A DNA stretch of 28,129 nucleotides from a virus (taxonomy: Duplodnaviria > Caudoviricetes): the IMG/VR virus record IMGVR_UViG_3300037422_000090, positions 1 to 28,129 of that record; one strand, given 5' to 3'. The position numbers and the translations under genes are program-made. The notes beneath the pieces are model-generated. The model was not told the origin of the DNA and made no database searches. It was given only the letters and a program-made list of their open reading frames with translations. This document shows, piece by piece, positions 1 to 8,671 of the stretch; the stretch's first letter is position 1, and the number at the start of each line of letters is the position of its first letter.

Positions 1-1388
1 TGGTAGGCGACGTCGCTGCCGGCGGCGTTGCGCAGTTGGGCGAAAAGCTGCACACCTTCGCGCGCAGTCGCGCCATCGATCGCGCTCGCGAGCACCGCGG
101 CCTCCTGCGGCAGGAGCGGTCGCATCGGGATCTGTGGTCCGTACTCGTTGCGCATCGCTTCGATCGTGATGATGCGGCTGCGAAGCTGGGCAGCGGCCGT
201 CGTGTTCTGCGGATCGGCGAGGCTCGTGATGTCGAGCGGCGCGACTTCCTCGCCGGTGCGGTTGGCGTTGAACTGCAGCGGCGCCTGCTGCAAGAGGTTG
301 ACGTTCGCCGTCACCGCCTCCTTGAGTCGCGCGAGGTTCGCCGCATCGCGCACGGTGCCGCCGCCGGACAGCAGCTCCGCCTCGCGCTTCTGCACGAACG
401 TGATCTGGTCGGCAACCGGCATGCGCAGCGCCTTCTGCACCTCCTCCTCCGCCTGCACCCGTTCCTTGAACTCGTTGGCGTACACCGTGCCACGCGTGAC
501 CGTCGCCCACTCGGCCCACATGTCGGCGGTCGCCGGCACGCCGGATGCGATCTGCCGGTCCATTTCACCGAGCGCGACCGCGGCGCGCGCCTCGCGCCGG
601 TCAGCCGCGTGCTGCAGCTTGGCCTCGAGCTGGGCCTTGTCGTTCAGCACCGCGCGCAGCACCCCATTGCGCTTCTCGGTGTCGAGGCGCCCAGCGTAGA
701 AGCCGTCGGCGGCGGTCAGGTCCTCCTGCAGCTGCCGAAGCGCGCCCATGTCGTCGGCGGATTCCATCGCCCGCTGGGTCGCGTGGTTGAGCCAGTTGCG
801 ATCCTTGAAGTCCTGGATCGCCTTGTCGACGTCGGCCGGCGAGACCCCAGCATTGCTGCCGATGATCGCGAATGCCTCGGCCTGCTGATTGATGCCCTCG
901 ATGTCCGCGCCTGGCATGCCAGCGAGCTTACCGAGCTTGTCGAGGCCGGCGTTGAACTGGTCCTTGAAGCGCACCCGGCGCGCAGCGTCGGCCGCCCGCT
1001 TCACGTCCTGCGAACCCTGGAACGTCGCGCGCTCGCGGCCCCGGTCGAGGTTGGCCTGGTCGATCGCCGGCAAGTAGCGAATCTCCGCACGCGGGATGGC
1101 GGTGACCTCCCTCTGGTACTCGTCTTCGGCGTCGTCCGGGTCGATCTCGCCGCGCGCCAGGCGATCGGCGACATTCTGGGCGGCCTCCTTCGACTTGATC
1201 TGGTGGTCGAGGTAGGCATTGGCCGACTCCGCGCGCGCCTGCTCCTCACGCTTCTGCTGCTGGATCAGGCCCAGCGCGCTGATCGTTCGCCCGACGCCCT
1301 GCACCGCATCGCCGATCGCTGACGTGTCGGCGCCGGGCGAGGCCTGCGGTGCGAGGAAGCCAAAGCTGCCGGTCGGAATTCTTGCCAT
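1..1388 (-). CDS. Large internal virion (DNA ejection) protein, 3'-truncated by window edge
   Basis: Not in the ORF track because it runs off the left edge. ATG at 1388 reads MARIPTGSFGFLAPQASPGADTSAIGDAVQGVGRTISALGLIQQQKREEQARAE... and I saw no stop down to base 1. Ala/Gln-rich and helical; follows tail tube B, GNAT and a small ejection gene, as T7 gp15/16-like genes do. Confidence 0.75.
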   Translation of the reverse strand, partial: MARIPTGSFGFLAPQASPGADTSAIGDAVQGVGRTISALGLIQQQKREEQARAESANAYLDHQIKSKEAAQNVADRLARGEIDPDDAEDEYQREVTAIPRAEIRYLPAIDQANLDRGRERATFQGSQDVKRAADAARRVRFKDQFNAGLDKLGKLAGMPGADIEGINQQAEAFAIIGSNAGVSPADVDKAIQDFKDRNWLNHATQRAMESADDMGALRQLQEDLTAADGFYAGRLDTEKRNGVLRAVLNDKAQLEAKLQHAADRREARAAVALGEMDRQIASGVPATADMWAEWATVTRGTVYANEFKERVQAEEEVQKALRMPVADQITFVQKREAELLSGGGTVRDAANLARLKEAVTANVNLLQQAPLQFNANRTGEEVAPLDITSLADPQNTTAAAQLRSRIITIEAMRNEYGPQIPMRPLLPQEAAVLASAIDGATAREGVQLFAQLRNAAGSDVAY

Positions 1389-1394
1389 TTCAGA

Positions 1395-1772
1395 TCACCC
1401 GCCTGACAGGATCGAGCGCACGGCATTGATGTAGCCGGCGGTCTGCTCGGCTTTGCCGGTCTTGCGCAGAGACTTCGCGCGGTTGTGGGCACCCATGATC
1501 GTGTACAGCGCGTCGAGTTCCGACTCGCGGGTGATCGTCATGTCGGTGATGACCGCCGATCCCTCATCCACGACCACGCCGGATGCAGCATACCCCGCGC
1601 GCGCAGCGCCGCGCGTCTGCGCCGCGAGCTTCCTGATGTTCTTGGCGCGCACCCGTGCTTCGGTCTCGATCTGCTTGGCTTCCGAGTAGGCCGCCTTCTT
1701 CTTGCTGCGCCCGGACATGACCGAACCGACAGCACCGACTACGCCGCCAACGAGCGATGGACCGGAACCCAT
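1395..1772 (-). CDS. Small internal virion/ejection protein (T7 gp14 / P22 gp7-like position)
   Basis: Start likely ATG 1772 (TAATG overlap with the GNAT stop). Gly/Ala-rich hydrophobic N-terminus MGSGPSLVGGVVGAVGSVMSG, then 'GAARAGYAASGVVVDEGS', a pattern typical of podophage ejection proteins. Confidence 0.65.
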   Translation of the reverse strand: MGSGPSLVGGVVGAVGSVMSGRSKKKAAYSEAKQIETEARVRAKNIRKLAAQTRGAARAGYAASGVVVDEGSAVITDMTITRESELDALYTIMGAHNRAKSLRKTGKAEQTAGYINAVRSILSGG

Positions 1773-2224
1773 TACATGCACCTCTCGAGGCTGATCGTAC
1801 CGGTGCGCTCGAAGCCGAAGCGCTCGTAGAACTGGGCGGTGCGCTCTGGGTCGATGCCGGTCGAGGCACCGGCCATGATGAATTTCGCACCCTCGTCCTC
1901 GGCCCAGACAACGAACCGCGACACGAGCTGGCAGGCGAACAGGCTGCCGCGCGCGGTGGCGCGCACGAACAGCGCGATCTCACTCGCCACCTTGTCGACG
2001 CTCACCCATGCCTCTTCGCAAGTGCCGATCATGGCGGCCACGACCTCGCCGTCGCGCACACCGACCCAGGCGAAGCCGCCCTCGAGCGTGATCAGCCGCT
2101 CGCAGACCTCGGCGATCTTCTCGGGGCTGAACTGCAGCCGGCGGAAGCGCGGGCTCTCCGCATGCACCAGGCGGCCGAGTTCGACCATGGCCGGAATGTC
2201 CTCGAGAGTGGCTGGCCGGATCAT
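1772..2224 (-). CDS. GNAT-family acetyltransferase-like protein (T7 gp13 position)
   Basis: MIRPATLEDIPAM start, LFVRATARGS motif A-like segment, FYERFGF C-terminal GNAT motif. Confidence 0.8.
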   Translation of the reverse strand: MIRPATLEDIPAMVELGRLVHAESPRFRRLQFSPEKIAEVCERLITLEGGFAWVGVRDGEVVAAMIGTCEEAWVSVDKVASEIALFVRATARGSLFACQLVSRFVVWAEDEGAKFIMAGASTGIDPERTAQFYERFGFERTGTISLERCM

Positions 2225-4401
2225 CAGTCGTTCACCGTGAACTTGCGGATGACCGACAGCAGGTGCCAGGGGAATGGCAGGTCGCTGCCGAGCTCAAGCG
2301 GCGAGTCGCCCCGCTCCCAGCCGAGTTCCTCCTGGCGCTTCACGCCGGTGAAGGCTTGGGGCGCCTGCCCGAGCAGGCCACCACCGAACTTCGCGAAGTC
2401 GATGAGCTTGCCGTTGACGTCGCAGGTGTAGGTGTCACGGAAGCGCGCCGAGACCTCGCTGGTGCGCATCGCATTGCCCTGGGCGCTGCCCGTGCCGGTC
2501 TGCACTTCTGGCGGCAGCAGCTTGACGCGATTCCTGAAAGGCAAGCCGATCACGACGTTGAAGGCATTGCGCGGCAGCGTGATGGTGCCGCCGCCGCTGA
2601 CGGTGAAGCGGCCCATGTAGAAGCCATCCGCCACGCAGTCGACCGAGGCGCCGATCAGATGTGCGGCCGACCACACATCGGTGCCCGGGCCAGAGGCGCC
2701 CACGACTGCCGAGTCCATCGAATAGACGAGGCTCGGATCGAAGCGCTCGATGTAGCGCACCGTCGCGCCGTTGACTGTGCGCCGCACCACGCAGTAGGTC
2801 TGGTCGCCGTTGGCTGACGGCACGGTGCAAGAGCTTTCGATCACGCCGCCAGCGCCGCTCGACACCTGGCGCGCCCACGCGGTCACTTCCTGCACTGGCG
2901 AGATTGTCAGGGTGGCGACCACGCCGTCGGTGCGCACCGCATATCCGATGGGGTCCGGCTCCTGCGCGTAGGTCAAGTCCTTCACCGCCGGCTGCGTGAT
3001 GTGCTCGGCGAACACAGTCAGATCGGGCGCGTCGTACTCGCCGGTGTCGATGTCGTAGGACATTGCCCGCAGCTTGGTGAGCGAGCGCTGCGCGAAGATT
3101 ACGTCCTTGCCGGCGCGCACCGGCCGCACACCGGCGACGCCATAGGCGGTCTGACTATCGACCTGCACGTTGGTCGGGGTCACCGGCTTCTCGACGCCGC
3201 CCTTGACCGTGAACTCGCCGCCGTAGGTGAGCACGAAGAGCACCTTGCCGGCGACCAGGTGGATGATCGGGTTGATCTGGTCCGAGGCCAGCGTGTAGCT
3301 GAATCCGTCGTCGTCGAAGAAGCCGAGCGTGAAGTCCAGATAGGCCCCGGTCGAGGATCCCCAGAGGGTCTGCGGGAAGGCTGGGGACCCGCCGAACACC
3401 AGGCGCTGCTGGTAGAACGTGCAGGCCCGCGGGTAGCCGTTCTGCGTCGACCACACCGACGACTCGAGCGACCAGGAGTTCTTGGGCGCTGCGACGACGC
3501 CTGTGAGCGGCTCCTTGATCGTCGCCTGCACGACCGTCGTCGACGTGAATCCGGTGATCTGCATCAGCCCGCCGTTGATGCGCACGAACTTGCCGACGTC
3601 GGTGCTGCGCCAGATGTTGAGCGCGGCCGCGGTGAGCGTCGTGACGGTCTCGATCGGATCGGAGGCACCGGGCGTCACCGTCTCCTGCGGCGAGCTGCCG
3701 AGCGTCCACAGGCTGGCCGGCACGTTCACCGAGGGAAAGGCCGAGGTGATCGTGATCGTGACCTGCGTCGAGCTCGTGAAGGCGGTAATAGTCGCGAAGC
3801 CGCCCTGGTAGTAGATGGTGCGGCCGACGTCGCCGTTGAGGAAGGTCGCCGCGCTCGCGGTCGCAGTGCGCCCGGCACCGACGCTCGCTGCCGAGAGGGT
3901 CAGCGAATTGGCGAAGCTGTCACCGATCTCATCGAACGGCTGCACATCGAACGGGATGCTGTCGTAGACCCAGTTGTTGTCGGCAAAGCGGCGCAGCCGC
4001 GACGGGAAGACGGCCTGGTGCGTGACGATCATCGTGTCCGCGCCCTGGGCGTAGTCGAAGTCGAAGAGCATCGATTCCAGCAGGTTGGTCGCGATCTCGT
4101 AGGGCCCCGCGATCGGCACCCCGTCCTTGAAGAAGCGGATGTACTGGTCGCCGACCTCGAGCACGTAGGCTTCGGTGGTCGAGAACACGAAGGGGATCAC
4201 CCTGGCGGCCTTGTCAGGGAACTTCGCCGCAGCGACAAAGCGCAACCCGTCGCGCCGGCGCGCGCCGCCCTGCACGAGCGGGATCACGTTCTCCATGAAC
4301 TCGGCGGCGTTGTTGTAGAACGGCGCGTCGATGCGACCGAGCGCGCGCGGCGAGATTTCCCCCGCGGTGAAGTTGGTCTGGACCGTCGTCAGACGGGGCA
4401 T
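2224..4401 (-). CDS. Tail tubular protein B / nozzle (T7 gp12-like)
   Basis: 725 aa; N-terminal QTNFTAGEISP, GYPRACTFYQQRLVFGG, beta-propeller-like composition; follows tail tube A. Confidence 0.85.
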   Translation of the reverse strand: MPRLTTVQTNFTAGEISPRALGRIDAPFYNNAAEFMENVIPLVQGGARRRDGLRFVAAAKFPDKAARVIPFVFSTTEAYVLEVGDQYIRFFKDGVPIAGPYEIATNLLESMLFDFDYAQGADTMIVTHQAVFPSRLRRFADNNWVYDSIPFDVQPFDEIGDSFANSLTLSAASVGAGRTATASAATFLNGDVGRTIYYQGGFATITAFTSSTQVTITITSAFPSVNVPASLWTLGSSPQETVTPGASDPIETVTTLTAAALNIWRSTDVGKFVRINGGLMQITGFTSTTVVQATIKEPLTGVVAAPKNSWSLESSVWSTQNGYPRACTFYQQRLVFGGSPAFPQTLWGSSTGAYLDFTLGFFDDDGFSYTLASDQINPIIHLVAGKVLFVLTYGGEFTVKGGVEKPVTPTNVQVDSQTAYGVAGVRPVRAGKDVIFAQRSLTKLRAMSYDIDTGEYDAPDLTVFAEHITQPAVKDLTYAQEPDPIGYAVRTDGVVATLTISPVQEVTAWARQVSSGAGGVIESSCTVPSANGDQTYCVVRRTVNGATVRYIERFDPSLVYSMDSAVVGASGPGTDVWSAAHLIGASVDCVADGFYMGRFTVSGGGTITLPRNAFNVVIGLPFRNRVKLLPPEVQTGTGSAQGNAMRTSEVSARFRDTYTCDVNGKLIDFAKFGGGLLGQAPQAFTGVKRQEELGWERGDSPLELGSDLPFPWHLLSVIRKFTVND

Positions 4402-4410
4402 GCGACGCCC

Positions 4411-4998
4411 TTACCGGAAGACCGCAGGCACGCTCGTGGTGAAGCGCGACATGAAGAGACGGTAGTCGCCGAGTTCCTCGGGCGGGTTGTCCTGGCCGTC
4501 GACCGCGCGCGCCTGGCGCAGCACCTCCCGCAATTCCTGCAGCTTCTGCTCACCGACCGCGGCCGAGAGTGTGATCGCGTAGGCGCAGGCGGTTGCCATC
4601 GCCAGGATCGCCGCGAACTGCAGCAGCGTGTCCCAGGTGCCCTCATCGACCCGCGCGACGTACACCAGGTTGAGCGGGTCTACGTCGCACAGGATCTTGC
4701 GCCCCTCCTGGGTGTAGTCGATGGGTGCGCCGCGCTCGCCGATCTGCAGCGTGCGCAGCCAGTCGCCCGGCAGCGTGTATTGCTGCGAATAGTCGAATAC
4801 TGGGGCGGCGGTGTCCGGCGCGAGCTGTACGCGCTTGACCGCGCAGTTCCACAGGTGCGAGCGCAGCAGCCAGTCGCTCACCGGCTCCCACAGGTTCGAG
4901 ACCAGCTTGGCGCGGTCATTCGGCTCGTTGAAGTCGTTGATCGTCTGGGAGCCAAGCATCAGGAGCGCGTTGGAGCAGATTGAGACTTTGGTCGCCAT
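4411..4998 (-). CDS. Tail tubular protein A / head-tail adaptor (T7 gp11-like)
   Basis: 195 aa; 'ICSNALLMLG', 'LLRSHLWNCAVKRVQLA', 'YTLPGDWLR' patterns; gene order. Confidence 0.85.
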   Translation of the reverse strand: MATKVSICSNALLMLGSQTINDFNEPNDRAKLVSNLWEPVSDWLLRSHLWNCAVKRVQLAPDTAAPVFDYSQQYTLPGDWLRTLQIGERGAPIDYTQEGRKILCDVDPLNLVYVARVDEGTWDTLLQFAAILAMATACAYAITLSAAVGEQKLQELREVLRQARAVDGQDNPPEELGDYRLFMSRFTTSVPAVFR

Positions 4999-5008
4999 GG
5001 CTCACCTC

Positions 5009-5040
5009 AAAAAAAAGCGGGGGCCCACTGCGGCCCCCGC
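5009..5040 (-). terminator. Rho-independent terminator after capsid/cement genes
   Basis: Minus strand GCGGGGGCC-GCAGTG-GGCCCCCGC (9-bp stem) followed by T8. Same position as the T7 terminator after the capsid gene. Confidence 0.9.
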
Positions 5041-5081
5041 CTTGTGCTGCTTGCCGACTCGGGGGGCGAGTCGCTCGCGGA

Positions 5082-5591
5082 TCAGTTCCCGTCGACGTAC
5101 TTGAGCGCGAGGGTCACGTCGCCGGTGCCATCGGCGGCACCGGTGAGGGTCAGCACCACGTCGTAGTAGAGGCCGGGATCGGCAGACAGCCCGAGCTGCT
5201 GCCAGATCGCCTTGCCCTTGTTGATGTGGTCGATGACCGCCGACTCGCGGGTCACGTGCTGATGCGACAGCGCGCCGGCGTTCAGCACGAGCGCCGAGGC
5301 GAAGAAGTCGGCGTCCACCACCGCGCCGCCGTCCGCGGCCGTGCGATAGAGACCGATGTCACCGGCACCCGTGGTGCCGATGTCGTCGCTGTCCATGATC
5401 AGCTCGTCGACGCGATCGCTCGAGCGCACGCGGAAGTAGCGATAGGTGGAACCGACCGAGTCGGTGTTGCTGATGACGTTGGTCGCCACCTTCGAGCGCA
5501 GGCGACCGCCGTCGTCGCGCGTGTTGTTGAGCGCCTGCTGCGCCGCGTCGGCGTTGGTGATCAGGGTCGACTTGACGTTCACGACTGCCAT
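5082..5591 (-). CDS. Capsid cement/decoration protein (Bbp16-like position, beta-sandwich)
   Basis: 169 aa, beta-rich, directly after the major capsid gene and before the terminator; GGAG RBS. Confidence 0.6.
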   Translation of the reverse strand: MAVVNVKSTLITNADAAQQALNNTRDDGGRLRSKVATNVISNTDSVGSTYRYFRVRSSDRVDELIMDSDDIGTTGAGDIGLYRTAADGGAVVDADFFASALVLNAGALSHQHVTRESAVIDHINKGKAIWQQLGLSADPGLYYDVVLTLTGAADGTGDVTLALKYVDGN

Positions 5592-5624
5592 GGTTCTCTA
5601 CTCCTGTCTGTGTTGTAGCTGCGG

Positions 5625-6482
5625 TTACACGCAGTCGACCTGGACGACCTTCTCTTCCTCGACGCGCACCGCGCCGATGGACTGCTTGGCGTAGATGCGG
5701 ACGTTGAAGCCCTTGCCCGGATCCTCGCCGACACGGGTCATGATGTTCTGACCGGTGCCGAGCACGATGCCGCTCCTGGCCCACGCCATGCAGGAGCGGA
5801 TGCCGCCGGACAGCGGCAAGCGCTGCGAGGGCACCCAGGTGAAGCCCATCCACTTGGTGCCGACCTTGCCCTCCTGCAGCATGCGCAACTGGATGAAGTC
5901 GCCGCTGGTGAGGGTGGTGTCCGACAGGATGTCGGAGAGCTCGCCGTCCGAGTACGAGAAGTAGAGTTCCTCCTCGTTGTGCTCGTCGGCCTCGTTGGCC
6001 CGGAAAATCTGCTTGGCCTGGATGATCTTGGCCTTGGTCAGGCCGGTGCCGCCGTTGGCGATCTTCTGGCCCGCCGGCAGCGCGACGCTGCCCGTGCTCG
6101 CGCGTGCGTTGCCGAGGCCCGCGGCGATGATGACGTCGTCCTTGGCGCGGTTGAGGCCCTGCACCATGGCCTGCACGTACTCGCTCTTCGGGTCGACCAG
6201 CATGCGGATCTTGTCCTGGTCGTCCAGCATGTCGCCGTCGTCCCAGTCGAACAGGTCGACGTAGCGCGTGCTGTGGGACTGGTCATTGAGCGGCGTGTCG
6301 GCGTGACGGGTCAGGCGCTTCTGCGCGGTGCGCTGGCCGAGTCGGTTGATCGACTTCGAGGTGCCGACGATGTTCGGCTCCTCGCGCACGGTCGCCTGGA
6401 AGCGAGAGACCTTCTGCTGGGCGACGTGCAGGAAGTTGTCCGCGAACTGCTGGACGAATGCTTCGGTGACGAACTGCGACAT
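5625..6482 (-). CDS. Major capsid protein
   Basis: 285 aa; 'FVQQFADNFLHVAQQKVSR', 'DQDKIRMLVDP', 'NRAKDDVII', C-terminal 'GAVRVEEEKVVQVDC'; AGGAG RBS; downstream of scaffold. Confidence 0.85.
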   Translation of the reverse strand: MSQFVTEAFVQQFADNFLHVAQQKVSRFQATVREEPNIVGTSKSINRLGQRTAQKRLTRHADTPLNDQSHSTRYVDLFDWDDGDMLDDQDKIRMLVDPKSEYVQAMVQGLNRAKDDVIIAAGLGNARASTGSVALPAGQKIANGGTGLTKAKIIQAKQIFRANEADEHNEEELYFSYSDGELSDILSDTTLTSGDFIQLRMLQEGKVGTKWMGFTWVPSQRLPLSGGIRSCMAWARSGIVLGTGQNIMTRVGEDPGKGFNVRIYAKQSIGAVRVEEEKVVQVDCV

Positions 6483-6517
6483 GACTGGCTCCTGTGTGGT
6501 GACTCGTGTCTGCCATG

Positions 6518-6627
6518 CAGGGTGTTCAGCCGTCGCCGGCTGGCCTGGATGTCGCCTGCGCCCGCGGGCTTACGCGGACGCTCTTGGCGGGCTTGATCGG
6601 GTACTCGACGCGCCACCGTCGGCCGAT
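6518..6627 (-). ncRNA. Structured 5' leader of capsid mRNA (three hairpins, two with the same internal loop)
   Basis: ATCGG-C-CGACG-GTGGCG-CGTCG-AGTAC-CCGAT (6627-6596); GCGTCCGCG-TAAGCC-CGCGGGCGC (6581-6558); CAGG-C-CAGCCG-GCGA-CGGCTG-AACAC-CCTG (6547-6518). Confidence 0.55.
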
Positions 6628-6635
6628 GGCGCGGG

Positions 6636-6669
6636 AATTTGCACCATGGGATGCGTCGGAGTCCAGACG
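6636..6669 (-). promoter_or_regulatory. Putative late promoter 1 (15-bp motif plus -10-like box) upstream of capsid gene
   Basis: GTCGGAGTCCAGACG at 6655-6669; on the minus strand followed after 12 nt by GCAAATT. Confidence 0.7.
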
Positions 6670-6683
6670 CTGTAGCGACGCTG

Positions 6684-6830
6684 CTACTTGCCCTTCGGCG
6701 CCGGCGGCGCGCTGCGCTGGCGCGCGCGCCCGATCTGAGCGGCAAGCGCGGTGGGGTCCTTCGCCCCACCACGCCGCAGCAGCGAGCCCTCGAGCTTCTT
6801 GACCGCCTCGCTAATCTTGACGACGGTCAC
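6684..6830 (-). CDS. Small basic hypothetical protein (48 aa)
   Basis: GTG overlaps the scaffold TGA (GTGA); MTVVKISEAVKKLEGSLLRRGGAKDPTALAAQIGRARQRSAPPAPKGK. Confidence 0.5.
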   Translation of the reverse strand: MTVVKISEAVKKLEGSLLRRGGAKDPTALAAQIGRARQRSAPPAPKGK

Positions 6831-7732
6831 GCCGCCTTGCCGCCTGCCGCGCCGCGCACGAAGAGTGGCGCGCGCTGGCTCTTGCCGTAGCGCTTGTTGT
6901 AGAGCTCGTCGAGCTTGGTCAACACGGCGTCGCGTTCCTTGGTGTTGCGCTCGGGGATCTCGTCGAGCTGCTTGCGCAATGCCGCCACCTGACTGTCGAA
7001 GTCGGCACCGTTGCGATCGCCGCCGGCATCCTGATCGTTCGGCGGCGTGTCCTCGCCCATCTGCTTGGCGAGGCCCGCCATCAGCCGGATGAAGACCGGG
7101 TTGTTGCCGAAGGCGGCATCGATGTCGTCGTACTTGAGGCCCGAGGCCTCGGCCAGGCGCGTGGCCGCGACGTGGCTCGCCTTGAGGTTCGAGGCCATTT
7201 CGGCGTCGCTCTTCCACACCAGCGCGAGCTGCGCGACGCACTCCTCGTTCGACAGCTCGGCCGCGGCGCCGGCCAGTTCCGGTGCCACCGCGAGATACCG
7301 GTTGATGACGTAGTTGACCTGCTTGTTGGTCATGCCGAGCGAGTGCGCGCCCTTGAGGAAGTCGGCCATCTGCGGGTCCTTGCGGAACTCCGCGACGTCG
7401 AATTCCTTCGGGATGCCGGAGCCCTCGCCACCGATCTCGTACTTGTCGGCGTCCTCCGGCGGCAGGCCGACGTCGACCATGCGCTTGGTCAGCTCGCCGT
7501 GGCTCTTCGCCAGCGCGCGCATCGACGCGTCGACGTCGATCTCGCCGTCCTTCTTGCCGTCCTTGCGCACGTGGAACTTCTCGGGGATCCACGTCTCCGG
7601 CTTTTCCTGACCGGCGGCGAGCGCGGAGCTGCCCTTGCCGTCGCCGCCTTTGCCATCGCCACCCTTCCCGTCCCCGCCCTTGGCAGCAGCTTCCGCAGCG
7701 GCAGCTGCCGCGATCTCTTCTGGTGTCGGCAT
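6827..7732 (-). CDS. Capsid scaffolding/assembly protein
   Basis: 301 aa, acidic and helical; low-complexity N-terminus (GGDGK x3), 'WIPEKF', 'PPEDADKYEI', 'GNNPVFIRLMAGLAKQMGED'; upstream of capsid gene; GAGGA RBS. Confidence 0.75.
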   Translation of the reverse strand: MPTPEEIAAAAAAEAAAKGGDGKGGDGKGGDGKGSSALAAGQEKPETWIPEKFHVRKDGKKDGEIDVDASMRALAKSHGELTKRMVDVGLPPEDADKYEIGGEGSGIPKEFDVAEFRKDPQMADFLKGAHSLGMTNKQVNYVINRYLAVAPELAGAAAELSNEECVAQLALVWKSDAEMASNLKASHVAATRLAEASGLKYDDIDAAFGNNPVFIRLMAGLAKQMGEDTPPNDQDAGGDRNGADFDSQVAALRKQLDEIPERNTKERDAVLTKLDELYNKRYGKSQRAPLFVRGAAGGKAA

Positions 7733-7742
7733 GTTTCGTTCC

Positions 7743-8003
7743 TCAGCTGTGGATGACGATGATCGTGTCCGCGGCGTTCGCCATGTTGATCTGCAGCGGG
7801 CTCGCGTTCTCGAACTTGGCGCCGGCGAACTCGCGCTCGACGCCGACGGCGGTGGCCGCAGCGAGCGTTTCGATGACCGCCGCGCCGCGCTTGATCTGCA
7901 CCGCGCCAGCGAGCGCAGCCGCGCCGCCGACGCGCACCTTCTGCAGGATCGCGGGCCCGATCAACTGGTCGCCGGTGACGCCGGTGATTACTCGCTCTTG
8001 CAT
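7743..8003 (-). CDS. Small beta-rich hypothetical virion protein (86 aa)
   Basis: GAGGAG RBS; alternating hydrophobic strands; lies in head gene block. Confidence 0.6.
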   Translation of the reverse strand: MQERVITGVTGDQLIGPAILQKVRVGGAAALAGAVQIKRGAAVIETLAAATAVGVEREFAGAKFENASPLQINMANAADTIIVIHS

Positions 8004-8006
8004 GGT

Positions 8007-8267
8007 CTACTCCTCGCCTGCTGATTCGTCGACTCCCGCCGCTTGGTTGATGCGCCCGAGGATGAAGTCGAGCACCGCACGCTTGCCGGAGTTGAAACAG
8101 GTCGCCCGATCGCCCTCAAGGCCGCCTGGCACGTAGGGACTCTGGCCGAAGCGCCGCACCAGGTCCTCGAGCACCACCTTGCCGGTCGGGAAGTTCTCGA
8201 ACACCTGGGCGTAGGTCTCGGCTGGGACCTGTTCACGCGGCGGCGGCTTGGTCAGGACTCGGGTCAT
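8007..8267 (-). CDS. Bbp19-like small head-block protein
   Basis: 'YAQVFENFPTGKVVLEDLVRRF...TCFNSGKRAVLDFILGRI' matches the small protein usually found between portal and scaffold in BPP-1-like phages. Confidence 0.7.
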   Translation of the reverse strand: MTRVLTKPPPREQVPAETYAQVFENFPTGKVVLEDLVRRFGQSPYVPGGLEGDRATCFNSGKRAVLDFILGRINQAAGVDESAGEE

Positions 8268-8671
8268 GGACGCCCGCGCATTTCACGCCGCTTCATCGGT
8301 CGGAGTCCAGACGCATCGCCTAGCGCCGGCAGGCGAATGCCAAGGCGCCGGTCCGTCATGCGCACCGGCCGGCCGCGCAGCGCGCCCTCGAACAAGAGTT
8401 CGAGCTTGCGGTTCTCGCGCTGGTCGGCCAGGTACTGGCGCTTGGCGCGCTGGGCGATGTCGATGAACTGCCGCAGGAGCTTCCACTCAAGCGCCGTCAC
8501 CGGCCGGCGGCGCTTGACCTTGAAGTCGATCGCGTACCACTGGTCGATGCTCGAGGCTGCGAGCACCGCCACCGTCGGCTGCTGACCCGCCTTGAGCGTG
8601 AGCCCGTAGACGGCCGGCGCGGAATACGAGTCGACGCGCGGCAGCGCGTAGCCCGACACGACGATGGTCAT
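8264..8671 (-). CDS. Hypothetical protein (135 aa)
   Basis: ATGA overlaps with both neighbours; basic C-terminus; 3' end contains late motif copy 2. Confidence 0.55.
   Translation of the reverse strand: MTIVVSGYALPRVDSYSAPAVYGLTLKAGQQPTVAVLAASSIDQWYAIDFKVKRRRPVTALEWKLLRQFIDIAQRAKRQYLADQRENRKLELLFEGALRGRPVRMTDRRLGIRLPALGDASGLRPMKRREMRGRP
8280..8313 (-). promoter_or_regulatory. Putative late promoter 2 upstream of Bbp19-like/scaffold genes
   Basis: GTCGGAGTCCAGACG at 8299-8313; on the minus strand followed after 12 nt by GTGAAAT. Confidence 0.65.

Noticed and set aside
36-1322. 428-aa plus-strand ORF
   Set aside because: Antisense shadow of the real minus-strand virion gene (1388 to edge); typical of high-GC DNA.
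3001-4983. 660-aa plus-strand ORF
   Set aside because: Antisense to tail tube A/B; no recognisable motifs.
7632-7710. GGDGK x3 and poly-Ala repeats in scaffold N-terminus
   Set aside because: Codon-length repeats with synonymous variation; ordinary low-complexity linker.
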